Shown in pieces: positions 1-12,520 of a stretch of 64,000 nucleotides of DNA (position 1 is its first letter; each line of letters starts with the position of its first letter). The position numbers were made by a program, and so were the translations under genes. Source of the DNA: Podarcis tiliguerta (Eukaryota); NCBI GenBank assembly GCA_965153285.1, contig OZ229115.1; one strand, given 5' to 3'. Below the pieces are notes generated by a model. That model saw nothing but the letters and a program-made list of their open reading frames with translations. It made no database searches and was not told the DNA's origin.

Positions 1-860
1 AATTGCATTCTTGGTGAAAGTTGTCTTTAAAGCTTGACAATAAAATTCTACTATTTCTGTGGCCTGTACACATTTCACCTACAGTCCTTTTTTTAAAAAC
101 TGGCACCCATTTACTTTCTTTAACCTGATCACTTTCCCCACTGCCTCCAAAATACATTCTGAACCTGAATAGCATGGCAGTATTGATGTTTATGATCTAT
201 TACTGTATCTTAAACTTCATGAATTGATGAGTTTTTCTTCTAAAAATTTAGAAAACTTCAGGGTGCTGGGGCCAGTAAAAGTTCCAATATATTTTAATTG
301 ATAGCTTCAGCCAATTGTAACTCATCTAAAAATTTAAGTTGTTCATGTTTTGGGGCTGAATTAACAACTAAATTATTTGAAATGCAGTTTACAGCCTTTG
401 TGTACTGGACATTACTGTACGGTATGTCAGATGCATCGGCTCTTGAGAGCATGATAGCGACAGTAGGATTTCCCAAGACTGCCATCCTGAACAGACACAT
501 CTTGAACAAAATGGGGCTTATATCCAAGTAGATGTACACAGTATTGGTCTGGAAACAACACTGAATAAGTGCTGGACATATATCCAGAGTTTGAATCAAT
601 AGGTGAAGTACTGTACAGTTAAGGAAGGCCAGACCCATAAGGAATTTCTTGAAATTTCAGAAAATTGAATTCTTATTATAAGAGTAAGAAATTGTGTTCA
701 TAAGGCACCAGTGGGCTAAGAAATGTAAGGATTTGAAAATTATTGTATGTATAGAAGATGGAAAGGTAGGATGCACAGGGAAGTTGTACAGCCTTAATGT
801 GATCTTAGAATATGGAGTTTCTTCCTAGTATTTGCATTGAATTTGTGTTATATTTTTCAG

Positions 861-1003
861 AACTGTGGGTTTCTTTGGAAGAACACCAGGATGCTTTGGA
901 ACTTATTATGAGCAAATATAGGAAACACATGTTACAGCTGATGATGAAAAGAAAAGATGTGGATGCTCAGCCAATTTTGAAAGTGCATCAAGCTCAGTCT
1001 GCA
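861..1003 (+). CDS. SIKE1: SIKE1 internal coding exon (upstream exons lie outside the window)
   Basis: tttttcag acceptor and GCA|gtaagg donor; encodes (E)[47 protein letters not shown], recognisable SIKE1/FGFR1OP2-family coiled coil; synteny with CSDE1 identifies it as SIKE1. Confidence 0.93.
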
Positions 1004-1273
1004 GTAAGGAATTATTCTATTATTCTTTTTATTCCAGAAAGAAGATAAGTTTCCAATAGGAAGAAAGATGAGTGGCTTAGTTGTTGTGCTCTGTTCCAAT
1101 GATTTTTTTTTCTTGCCTCTTTTACATTTTCCTCAAGTTTGTTCTCTGAAACTTCTTCCTTCCATTAGTGTTCACAGCTCACAAGTGCCTTTTCTTTGTA
1201 AAATAAAGTGTTGCAACTCAGCCACAAGGTACCTTCTTTAGAATTCTTATAAAGAAAATTACCTGGTATATCA

Positions 1274-1276
<3 letters not shown>

Positions 1277-1320
<44 letters not shown>
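1277..1320. repeat. (AT)n microsatellite
   Basis: About 22 AT units seen directly. Confidence 0.97.
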
Positions 1321-1323
<3 letters not shown>

Positions 1324-1837
1324 CAGTTCTTTGTGACTTCAATATTGTAAAATGAGATACCTTTAATTTGTTTTTGTACTGCTTGCAAAAATACAAACCA
1401 GTTATAAGATCCAAGAGATTCTCACCACCACCACTACCTTAAAGCAGCCAGTATGTTGTAATTAATTCTGTCAGATTGCAACCTGAAGATCTGACCTTTC
1501 CTCTTAAACCTTCTGGGATAGCAGGAGAACATGCAGTTCCAGTACCTCCTGCCACATTCTGTAACAATCCCTCTCCTCTGTTTGTGACAGCAAATGAGAC
1601 TTTGGTTTTACCACACAGCCAGTTAAGGGAACCAACATGGGAATATGACAGAAGGCACGGTAGAGCAAAGTTCAGGAAGAAGCTCAGATGTACAATATGG
1701 CAGCACTAGGTCCAGTGAGGGAAGGATGTAGATATGACTCTTTGGTTCCGTGTTCTTTTACTTTTCTTTGGAAATATCTGATTTAACTTGTTTTTCTTTT
1801 TATTAGTTTATAATTTTGCTTTCAAATCTGCTTACAG

Positions 1838-1951
1838 GAAATTGAGAGTCAAATCGACAGGATCTGTGAGATGGGAGACGTAATAAGAAAAGCTGTTCAT
1901 GTGGACAATGACCAGTATTATAAAATACAAGAAAAGCTAGCACAGTTAGAG
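1838..1951 (+). CDS. SIKE1: SIKE1 penultimate coding exon
   Basis: cttacag acceptor, GAG|gtaaga donor; [38 protein letters not shown]; phase 0 on both sides. Confidence 0.93.
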
Positions 1952-2500
1952 GTAAGATGCTGGACAACTGTAGTTGGGGATAGAAAACGGGGAGGCTTGT
2001 GCCTAACATTGTCAAAGGGTTCTTTCAGCCTCCAAGCCTAAACGAAAGTTGGTTGCTGCTTTGTTAAAAGCTAATGCCTGCCTTGAAGTTCTGCTGTGCT
2101 CTTGGTACAGCTGATGAGATAGGAAAACTGGCAGCTGAGCATCATGAAAGTAGAATCTGCACTTGCAGAATCCTGCTCCATATCAAAGCCCTTAAAACTG
2201 CAAGTTAAGAGGCCGCAACTCTTGGAGTCAGGCTTGAATTACTGAAAATTCTGTTGCTTCACTCTGAAATGAGACACATGAATTTACTGGAGGGAAAAGG
2301 GTAACGCTGCGTAGTATGAAAATACGGTTTCAAGTTAGCAATTAAGCAGGTTCATTGGGGGATACAGCATTCAGTAGAACCTTACGACTAGGTACAGCAA
2401 GGAGCACCATGCAACCACTGAAGCTTTCTCACATGATTAAGAAACAGCAGTCGAGGTGGATAATGAAAATCTTAGCTTATCCCTCCCCTTTGAAAGTCAG

Positions 2501-2711
2501 GTAGGTGTTAGTCTGACGCAGTAGAAATATATTTAAAAAATTAAAAAAATGTCCAGTAGCTCCTTAGAGATCAACTAAGTTTGTTCTTGGTATGAGCTTT
2601 CATATATGAAGAAGTGTGCATGCACATGAAAGCTCATACCAAGAACAAACATAGTTGGTCTCTAAGGTGCTACTAGACAATTTTTTATTTTATTTTATAT
2701 ATATATTTCTA
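2501..2711. mobile_element. Penelope-like retroelement remnant forming an inverted repeat
   Basis: Arms about 2544-2603 and 2626-2686 are reverse complements; 13-bp direct repeat CTTTGAAAGTCAG at 2488-2500 and 2712-2724; family assignment is from recognition of reptile Penelope termini. Confidence 0.7.
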
Positions 2712-3450
2712 CTTTGAAAGTCAGTTGCAGAGGGAGCCTGTGAGAGTAGAATGGCACTGGATGTGGACACTGAAAAGCAAATAAAATGAAACTTATAGTT
2801 CATTTTATTTTCCTTTCAATTCCCTCCTTAAGGAACTGCCATGACTCCAAGCTCCTCAGGCATGTGCCAATAGTGCTAAAGTTTCAGCACCTCTAAAAAT
2901 TATTACTATTTTGTGCACTTCTTTTTACATGAGTCCGAAGGCAGTTTACAGACATACAATAAAAACAGCTAAAATAGTTTTAAAAGCTGAATACAATTAA
3001 AGATAGGTTTAAAAAAAATAATGCAAAATAAACCTCTAAAACAGAAACCTTTTCATCCAACTGGAAAAGCTTGTTCAAACAAAACTATCCTCAGTTTCTA
3101 GAAAGTACAAATAATGGGTGCCTGTTATACCTCAATAGGGATGTTATTCCACAAAACAGGATTCAAACTCAGTTTATTAACCCTCATCCAACCCATCACT
3201 GCACCCAGACTGTGGTCTGGGGTCTATGCAACCACTCCCAATTCTGATGTTGCAGAGAAATGGAGCTTGGTATCACCACAGTACTGATGACTCCTCACTA
3301 CAGTTTATTGTGGGAGGAGCGGGTAGTTTTCCATTGGCAAGGAGGAGTGTTGCCAGATGGCCCTAGGGCCACCTAGTCAGGTGGAGAGCTGCCACCAGTG
3401 GTTCTGCCTAGATAGCCAACAGAAAGTTCTTAAACAGGATGTTTTTGTTT

Positions 3451-3694
3451 GGAGGAGGAGGAGTTTGGATTTGATATCCCGCTTTACCACTACCCTAAGG
3501 AGTCTCAAAGCGGCTAACATTCTGCTTTCCCTTCCTCCCCCACAACAAACACTCTGTGAGGTAAGTGAGGCTGAGAGACTTCAGAGAAGTGTGACTAGCC
3601 CAAGGTCACCCAGCAGCTGCATGTGGAGGAGCCGAGACGTGAACCCGGTTCACCAGATTACGAGTCCACTGCTCTTAACCACTACACCACACTG
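3451..3694 (-). mobile_element. tRNA-derived SINE (Squam3-like)
   Basis: Minus strand starts CCAGTGTGGTGTAGTGGTTAAGAGC (A box) with a GGTTCA B-box-like motif; simple-repeat tail (GGA)n on the + strand. Confidence 0.75.
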
Positions 3695-5000
3695 GGGTAT
3701 CTGTGGCTTTCGATGTTCTGGACCAAAGCCCCATGAATCCCCTAAGGGGTCTAAATTCAACCACCCCATTCCAGGGCTTCAGATGATCCATAGTGGGTTC
3801 ACCGCTCCCCTCCACCCCACAGCACCCCAGATCATTTGGATTTCTCTGCATTTATGTGTAGGAAACTTAAGCAAAGCCTCCATTTTTAAAAAAGACCAAA
3901 CCAAGATCAATTACTGCAGCCTCTCCAAATAGTTGCTAGATATTTTTTTTTTCTAGCTGCCTTTAAGGGAATCTTAAATATGAAGGTACAGCATTGTTGT
4001 GAAATACTATCTCACCAAACCAGCAATATGAGGATAATAACACTGGATAGCTTTTGTATTGGCACCATTTTAGTGTATTTTTTAAAACTTCATTCTCCAG
4101 ACAAGTTGGCCTTGGTTTGAAGAAGCATGCTGCTGCTAAATTAGGACAACAATTTAAGTCCTGGATTTCTCTATGAGCAGTTGTCCCTGTTTGTCACTCT
4201 TAATGAAAGATAATCATGACATGCAAACCAGGAAACCAATCTCCAAACAAAGGATCTGTCAGTCTGATATTATAGTCTGGCCATATGCGTCCTTTTGCTG
4301 TAGGAAAACAGCTTCCACAGAAGATGGGGATTAGAGTCCTGCTCTTTAGGAAAACATTCAGGATTGGACAGAATGTGTGTGTCCCCCTCCTGATAAACTG
4401 GACCAATCAATATCTTAAGTGGCAAGCTTATAGAAAGCCACTGAGGGAGTCTTATGTTAACAGAGTTTCGCTTTGGTCTAAACACTAAAGCACTGAACAA
4501 TTTAGACAGAACCAGGAATAATAAGGTGGCTACTTGGCACCCATGGGGTGATCCTGACTCTCTTGAAAAATTCTTGCAGACCATTTAAAGGACATTCAAG
4601 GTTGGTGGTCAATAAATAACTAGGCCAGGAAGCTGTGTGTGTGCTTGCTAGGTTCTTGTTGTCATGGCAACAGAGAAGAAATACATATAAGCCCCAGGCT
4701 GTGTCCAGAATAGGAGTTTGAGCAGTTCTTAAAATGGATGTTAGATCACCAAGCTGGCAATTACCAGTCAACTTGGCCAACACAGGTTTAGTACAACACA
4801 ACCTGTGAAAGTGCTGATAGAAATGGACCTGTAAATCATTAATGTTTTCTCTTGCTATTTTTGTCTAATAAATGAGACCAATATTTATTTGTTTATTTAC
4901 ATTTGCCAAGGGTCTGGATTTAGTACTATCTTATATTAGCACTTATATAACTGTCACTGCTTTGCTCATATGTTTGAAACTGTTTTTATTGGTTTTATAG

Positions 5001-5120
5001 CTTGAAAATAAAGAGTTGAGAAAACTCTTAACAATCAGCAGAGAATCTATCGAGGTGAGGCAAGAAGAAATGCCTGATGATGCTTCTCAATCCACAAAAC
5101 AACTGCCTTTAAATAGTTGA
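5001..5120 (+). CDS. SIKE1: SIKE1 last coding exon
   Basis: ttttatag acceptor; LENKELRKLLTISRESIEVRQEEMPDDASQSTKQLPLNS then TGA at 5118-5120. Confidence 0.9.
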   Translation, partial: LENKELRKLLTISRESIEVRQEEMPDDASQSTKQLPLNS

Positions 5121-7185
5121 TCTCTGAAGCTGGTAAACTGCACTGCAGGAAGGAGTGTGCTTATTTTACAAGCTGTTCTTTTAATTCCCTCATGTCTCCG
5201 TTTGGGTATCATTCCAGCCTTTTGCTATATTATAGACTGTGTTTTGTGCATAGCTGCCGAAATGACTCCCTCTGCAGGCTAAGCTTTGCCCTGCTTAATC
5301 ATGCACAGGAGTAGTCGTGCAGCTAAAGTCCTAAGCAAATGCTTTCTCAGGGTTATCCTTGTTTTCAGAAATCTCAGTTGGATAGGACAACTTGATCACT
5401 TTTGGCTTTTCCAGTGTAAGTACATTTCTTTAAAAGTCAGACCTTTATAGGAAATGCAGCAAAATAGTCCGAACAGACTTATTTTCTTAGAAGTTCATTT
5501 ACTTTCAAGCAAATAATGCCTAAGATAAATTGTCGTGGAGAATTTAGGCACTCTCGTTCTTAATTTGATTTAATTAAAAGTCTAAGCAGTATTTTGGTTC
5601 CATTTAACTACTGTTTACCAAAATTACTTGTCTTTAAATACATCAACCAATATAGAAAGTAATGCACAATTATCTGTAAAAGTATTCTCTGAAACCCTAC
5701 ATGTGCACTGGCTGCACACAGAGAGATATCATAATGTATAACAGAATCTTGCATTTAGAACCCTGTCTAGCATGCCAAACCATTATGGAGGTCCTTGAAT
5801 GCCTCATGTATTTCCATCCATTCCTCTTTTCCCTCTCCCTCTCCCTCCCCAACGCAAGGAATCTGAGCTCATGTTCATTCACTGAGCAGAGGTGGCATGT
5901 ACAGACCACAAATTCCTTGTAATTGCTTGTCTTTGCATGCATGTTGAGGGTCGGGGGGGGGGGGAAGATATCTGTTAAATCCCTTGGAGACTCCTCTGTG
6001 TGCAGGCATTGCTCTTGCATGGGGAAGAAATCATGCCCCATCTATTCATGTTTACATAGTACTGAAATGATCTAGAATGATGACTCTTCCAAAAGCAGCA
6101 TCCTTTGGAACTTCATGCTAAGTATTTCAAAATTTACTCTTTGTGAGGTATTGATAGTAAAATGCTGCTGTTTCTAGATCTCCCCCCCCCCCTTTCTTCT
6201 ACTTGAGACTTCAGATGGGTGCTGCGTGGAATCTTGTTTGTGTACTTTATTGAAGATCTTGTCTTCATGCTGAGTAGTTAAGGAAAGCATTCACCAAACA
6301 GACTTGAAGACAAATTATAAAGTGATTGTATAGGAACCTAGCCAAGTCCTGTCTTCATTTATAGTGCTCTGCAGTTTATTGTGTGTTCTTCTTAGCTGCT
6401 CGCTTGCAGACTCTCACATCCTCATACCTGATAGATTCTATGACTGTCTCAACATTGTGCTTGTGATTGTAGAGCTAGAACTGGAGACATGTCTAGCCTG
6501 TGTGGTCACATCTGTATAAATGTATTTGTCCCCATAGCATGCTTCCATCTTGTACAGCATATTGCCTATTGCTAAAGTGTTGTAAACCACAATGAATGGG
6601 AAAGAAGATATTTCAATGTTTCTGCTTTCTGCTGGTAAGTTTCAGAGTAGGATCGATTGCTCAGTGTTGACTTGAGCTTGCGGCACATGTCGTTTCTCCA
6701 TGTTTATCATTTCCCCCCATCAGTGTGGTGGAGAGGAGAGCCGGGTTTATTTTTCAAATTCATCTTTTGGTGTTTTTAAATCCTTACCAGTCAGTTTTAC
6801 TTTGAAGACTGAGCTGATAAAAGAGCTGCTGCTTTTGTGCATTATGCAAACATAACCTAATCAGCAGGACAGATTCACCTGTATATCATCACTTTGCAGT
6901 GTTATGCCTTAAATATATGCCATCAGTGCCACCTTCAGAATCAAACAGGCTCTTGTTATGAGCGGCAACATGTGCTTAGTCCGTGCATAGATTCTGGATT
7001 ATTTTGTAAATACCCTTGAGGGATGTTACAATGTACATAAGTGAGTTACAGAGCTGTTGCGCTATTGTTTGCCATCTTATCTGCCTGCTCTGATCAGTGA
7101 ATTCAATCTTGTCTTTACCTCTCAGGTATTAAATATGTATATTTGTTCATTTTCCTGAAATAAATGTTTTGAGGCAATATTATGT
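5121..7185 (+). other. SIKE1: SIKE1 3'UTR (approximate end) with polyA signal AATAAA at 7159-7164
   Basis: Repeat-poor AU-rich sequence after the stop; AATAAA followed by GU/U-rich sequence (tatgtgttgtggcacttttt). Confidence 0.6.
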
Positions 7186-9677
7186 GTTGTGGCACTTTTT
7201 GTACCGTGGGTAATTTATGGACTTACCTTACCATTGGCCAGTACCATTGTTTGCTGATTAACCACTTGGACCATTGCAAGTTACGTTCTGTATTTATCTG
7301 CAAATTAGGCTGAGTAAAGGGAACTGAAATTGGCATATGCTGGCTATAAATAGGTGTCTAGTGCAACCATGTTTATCAAACCAATTAAACCCTTAAGAAT
7401 TTCATAAATGCCTATATTTAACTTGGTAAAACCAAGTTTTATTTCAGTCATTGGCTGAAACAAAATGTACACATTCTCCTTCATACATGAGAATGACAAA
7501 AGCGAGCCTGTTTTCAAACCTAATTAGTAATTAGCTTTTCTCTAAAATACAGTCTAGGACACACAATATCAAATACAGTTAAGTAAAAAGTACAATTCAA
7601 GCTGTTTCCACTGCAGCAGTACAATCCTATACATATATACTCTATGAGGCCTCCTCTCCCTCAACTACCACCAGGCAGCAGCCATTCCATCAGGCTGCCA
7701 CAGTGGGAGAGGTAGGAAGCAGGGCTCATTCCATCAACCAGCCAAAAGACCAGCTCCATCAGGTGCCTCTTGCCTCTGAGCTGTTTCTAGGCCAGCTGGT
7801 CATTGTGAAAACTAATCTTTAATAATTGGCACCTGAGTTGCTTTTTGGTCATTTCTCCCTTGCCTCTTGTGTTTTGAGATGGTAAGCCTGCAGGCAAGGT
7901 CTGTCATTGATTATATGTAAGCCACTCTGTGAACATTTTTAGCTGAAGAGGGGGGGGTACAAATGCTCCAAAAAAATGAATTGTTTTTATTTAATTTGGG
8001 TCTTTGAGTAAAGCAAGGTTGGGAAACCATTTTTAGCCAAATGACATCATATCCTTTTGGGCAACATTTTGGGACTTGTGTGCAAGTCAACAGGTCTGGA
8101 AGGAAAAGTGGATTGATGAATGGAGGTAAATGTTACAAAGGGTCACAGTCAGCTAGTTTCTAAATGCACACGTACTTATCTGGACGTAGGACAGAGGTGT
8201 AAGAATGCATTCCAGCCAGGCAGAAACTAATGCAGAGTGAAGCAGGGCCAGGGAGGGGTGTGTCTTGGAGAGAGTTTCGAGGCCCAGATAAAGGAGCTTG
8301 GCCTGAAGTTCTTCCCTGGGCTAAAACAACATAATCAAAAGTGTAAATGTCAGTCAGTATTAGCAACAGGAGATGAAAATGCCTTCACTTGCCAGTAGGT
8401 AAGGTAAAGGTAAACAATAGCATCTGTGTAGAGAGACGGCCAGTCAATCCTCCCTAGTCCAGCAAAGAGAGATCCATGACATGGAAAATACATCAGATAT
8501 TGTATCCTTTGGAGAGTATTGTCTGGTTCACACCTGATCATGACCCCTTCACCATCTGTAGTTTAATTGGAGATGTAGCCATTGGAAAACAAGGTAACCT
8601 GCACCTTTGCCCTTCAAGAAAATTACTTTGGGCCATAATGAATTGAATGTGGAGATCTATCTATCTATCTAAAGAGAGCAATTTGGTTAGGCATTTAATT
8701 CTAACTTGCAAACACAACAGTTTGTGATAATATTTGGCTTCCTCTAGCAGCTTTCTGCTATCCTGCTAGGCACTGGCTGAAATTAGAAGGGAGAGAGAAC
8801 CTGACAAAGTAGAATGTTCAGTATTTTTCAAACAGAAACAAGTTTGTTTCAGGTGGCAACTGAGTAAAATTATCCTTGCCTCTTATATGTACAAATGTGC
8901 TTTCTTTGTTTATCAGCCTTTTCCTATAAGTCATGTTTTGCAAATAATCTGTGGCTTCCTACCTCTCACAAATCAAGAATCAAGTTTGTCTACATTTTTC
9001 ATAAGTGTGCCTCTAGCTGAAAATTGCTTTGCAGTTAACAGCCACTGCAAGAATAAAATAACACCTTTGTTTTAGAAAATAGGCATTCAGTTACCAGCCC
9101 AAGATTGCACCTAATTTTACAGTGATGCTCATAATGGTTTGGACCTAAAAGTAGAGTGCTTTGGCTCATAATAGGGGGGCTTGTTTGCACTCTTCATTGC
9201 AGCAACACCATACACCCTTAAAAATTATCTCCTGAAGGTTGGAGAACGATCCAGTGGCTTTGGAGGGTGAGGAGAGACTACATTTGCAGAGGGGGGAATC
9301 TGCAACCCTATCATGAGTGTGCAGAAATACCTTCTGTGTGTGCATATTGGGACTGGAGTCCAGGCCTCGGATTGGTTCACTAAAAGCACTGCCTTTGAGT
9401 CAATAAGGATAGGGCATCCCAACCTGCTTCAAGGGTTATGTCAACAGCCACTGTTGCTAGATATGGCATGCCAATATCCTGCATAGCTGTCACAAAAAGT
9501 AATTTATGTGCGCTCCTAAATCCAGTTAAGGAAGTTGCATACCATATTTTGCTGATACATAGTAATTACTATTATGGAGTTACAATTATAATCCAATGCA
9601 ACAGGCTAAACTAGTCTGACTAGCCTTGGTTTATTTACTCTACTTCCAAGCAAAGTGGTGTACCATGCAATGTTGCT

Positions 9678-9821
9678 NNNNNNNNNNNNNNNNNNNNNNN
9701 NNNNNNNNNNNNNNNNNNNNNNNNNNNNNNNNNNNNNNNNNNNNNNNNNNNNNNNNNNNNNNNNNNNNNNNNNNNNNNNNNNNNNNNNNNNNNNNNNNNN
9801 NNNNNNNNNNNNNNNNNNNNN
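9678..9821. other. Assembly gap (144 N)
   Basis: Run of N. Confidence 1.
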
Positions 9822-9911
9822 NCGCAGAGGACCCAATTTGTTTGTGTTTTATAGAAAAGGGAACTGGAGGCTTCTTGGTGGTCAAAGGTGTAGGAAGCTG
9901 CAATTCCAATT

Positions 9912-10094
9912 TGGGGATCAACTGTAGCTCAGACAGAGCATCTGCTTTGCATGCAGAAGGTCCCTGGTTCAATTTCCAGGTGGGACTGAGAGAGGTCCCT
10001 GCCTGAAACCCAGGAGAGCTGATGCCAGTCAAGGTAGACAGCACTGAACTAGATGGGCCAATGGTCTGACTCAGAATAAGGCAGTTTCCCATGT
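9912..10094 (+). mobile_element. tRNA-Ala-like SINE
   Basis: Head TAGCTCAG..AGAGCATCTGCTTTGCATGCAGAAGGTCCCTGGTTCAAT; its 3' part recurs in decayed form near 17810-17925 and 62740-62825. Confidence 0.7.
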
Positions 10095-11329
10095 TGCAGG
10101 TAGTTCTACAGATACTCTTATTGTAAATGGAGGCAGCCACTCAGTAAGCTAGAACTAAAAAGGTAGAGCCTATAGGCAGCTCCTAAAGTGCAAGGATGTT
10201 TTCAGCATGAACCTTGAGATATTTGTGGTGGTGAACAAAGGAGGATTTAAAATGTATTAGAGGAGGAAATGATAGCCCTGTGAAACATTATAAATCCTTT
10301 GTTCGCTGTCTTCTTGTCTCCGTTCATTTTTCTTACAGCCACCCCGTTCATGTGCCTTTTGCTTCCTCTGCATAAAGAATTGTTAATTCTTCCTCTGCCA
10401 TTCCCTTTTTCTAGCCCCAAGTATTTTTGCAGGGGCCTTAGGGCATGCCCAAGCAGCTATTCCTCTGTGTTAATGAGACTCTCTGCTTACATAGGTTATT
10501 ACACAAGCTGCTTTGACTCTTCACATTAGTCTGCAGCTGAAATAGCTTAGTTTAGACTGCTCAACCTGCCCTATCAATGCTTCTTACTTCCAGGAAAAAT
10601 AAGAGTAACGGAGGGATGAGAGGTGTGGAAAAGCACACTATGCCAAACTAGGAAAGCTGACAATAGTTATGCCAATGCAAGGTAATTCCCAGTGCCTTAG
10701 GCTACAAATCCCTACACATCATTCTGAATTGGACACATCTACCCATCTTACGTGAGGGAAAGGAAGTAGATGCAGGGCTGGCTGAGGGAAAGGACAAGAT
10801 GGTTAACAGGTGAAGCTTATTCCTGCATGGAGATGGGTATAGCTTCCCCTGCTGAATCTTGTGTCTGTTGTGCAGCTGCTTAGAAGTACAAGAGGCATGC
10901 AAGAAAATAAATAGTAGTGGTCGTAGACTGTGGCCTGGAAACGGCCGGCATTGTAGGCATGTGAAATTATGCGGTGGGGTGGGGTAGGTGGTGCTAGCAG
11001 CCAGCCATATGCCTATAGACATCCTGGCAATGGGGCTAATAGCCATAGGCATCTGATTAGCCAATATTGGAACAGGATGCTGGGCTAGACCGGCTCTTGC
11101 GTGAGGGATGATGGGAACTGGGAGTCCAGTCCAGCAACATCTGGAGGGTCATAGGTTTTCCGTCCCTACTCTAAAACAACTGGGCAGTTCACATCCTTCT
11201 GCGGTGGGTTTGTAGTGTTACTGTGTCATTGTGCTGGTTTGATTAGGCGCCTTCCGTTTGCCGGGCCCATGGTTCTCATGACCTTTGTTACACATACACC
11301 CATCTTTTCACATTTTGCAATAAAGATGC

Positions 11330-12520
11330 AATTCGTGCATCTCAATATCGCAGGGCGTCCCTTTAAGCAGCGGCTGCCCCGAAAGGCGGCCAATAAGTAA
11401 ACAGAGAGCAAAGGCGCGCATGCGCTTTTGCGCGGCTACTTATCCCGAAGCCTCCCTTAGAGCCTGAGCTCCCGCTTCCACCCCCCCGCCCGGCCTTGCT
11501 GCGCACGCGCGGAACCGCCCTCCTCTCTGCCCGCGAGTCTCGCGAGAAGCCGGGATTTATTCCTACGTGCTGTGCCGTGCTGCTCATGGCGGCGCTGGAG
11601 CGGGGGCGCTGAGCTGTTGGGGTAAGTGGGGTTGTCCCTGCCGGGAGGCCGGCAACCTCCTCTGCCCGCCCGGCGCGACCTTGACGGTGGCGGGCAGGGA
11701 GAGCCGAGGGGGCTTGGAATGTCGCCTGTCACTCTGTCCCAGGGACCAACGGTCTAGCGCGGGGGGAACCCCTCCCCCACCCGCCGTGTGCCCTGCTCGT
11801 TTGACAGACGGGCGCAAAGAGGCGGGGGGGGGGCGGGAAGGGAGGGAGAAGCGAGAGAAAGGGAACCTTGCTGGGCCGAGCGGGCTCCCTCGCTCTCTTC
11901 TCTCCCCAGCTTCCGTTTGTCTCCAGGCAGGGGCCTAAAGAGAGGGAGGGAAAGGGAGCGGACTGGTGGGCCCGAACCCCGACATCACTACGGCTCCCAA
12001 TGTGCACCGCGCGACTGGCCTCCCCTCGCAGGGGCCGCTGGGGCTTGGAGTTCAGGGGCGCGGTGCTCTGGGCGGCCGCGGCGATGGAAAGCACTCCAAC
12101 TCCCGGCGCGGCGGCTGTAAGCTGCGCGGCCACTGGGCCTTCTGGGGGGTGGAGTCCTGGCACCTCGTCTTCGGCGGAGCGGAGTGGGAGACGGGAACTA
12201 CCTCTCCCGGCATGCAGCGTGCGGGTGCGGGGAGGGGAAGAGGAGGTCAATCTTCCTTTGTGTGAGGGGGAGCGGTCGCCATTTTCCTTCTCTCCCTCGC
12301 TCTACCCCCACCGCGCCCCAGCCTCGAGAGAGGGGCAGATAGTGGACACGCCCCAGGCGCCTGAGGGGAAGAACGTGCCCGTCGGTGTAACCGGCCGGAG
12401 GGGCGCCCAGGGCTGGGTTCCGGCCTTGGCTCGCCCCCAGGCGCAGCAGGGCTGGGGCTTTGGGTTTCCGCATCCTTTCCTTTTCGGATGCGGACCCCCG
12501 CCCCGCAAGCGTTAGATCGC
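11330..12520 (+). promoter_or_regulatory. CSDE1: CSDE1 CpG-island promoter
   Basis: Very high GC/CpG; CCAAT 11390-11394, NRF1 GCGCATGCGC 11416-11425, BANP/CGCG element TCTCGCGAGA 11538-11547, YY1-like CATGGCGGC 11585-11593. Confidence 0.9.
11545..11621 (+). other. CSDE1: CSDE1 non-coding exon 1 (start approximate)
   Basis: Ends GAGCTGTTGGG|gtaagt (consensus donor); resembles the mammalian UNR mRNA 5' end as I recall it. Confidence 0.8.

Noticed and set aside
1475-1709. Possible extra SIKE1 exon or 77-aa ORF
   Set aside because: Weak acceptor, immediate in-frame stop (ATT GCA ACC TGA), no good donor; flanking exons already join in phase
3357-3932. 191-aa ORF in a SIKE1 intron
   Set aside because: Reads through an antisense SINE; no protein-like motifs or splice support
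9912-9980. Possible tRNA-Ala gene (also 50498-50567 on the minus strand)
   Set aside because: No complete cloverleaf or acceptor stem; the first continues into a SINE body
9606-10140. ORFs spanning the X run
   Set aside because: Artefacts of the assembly gap
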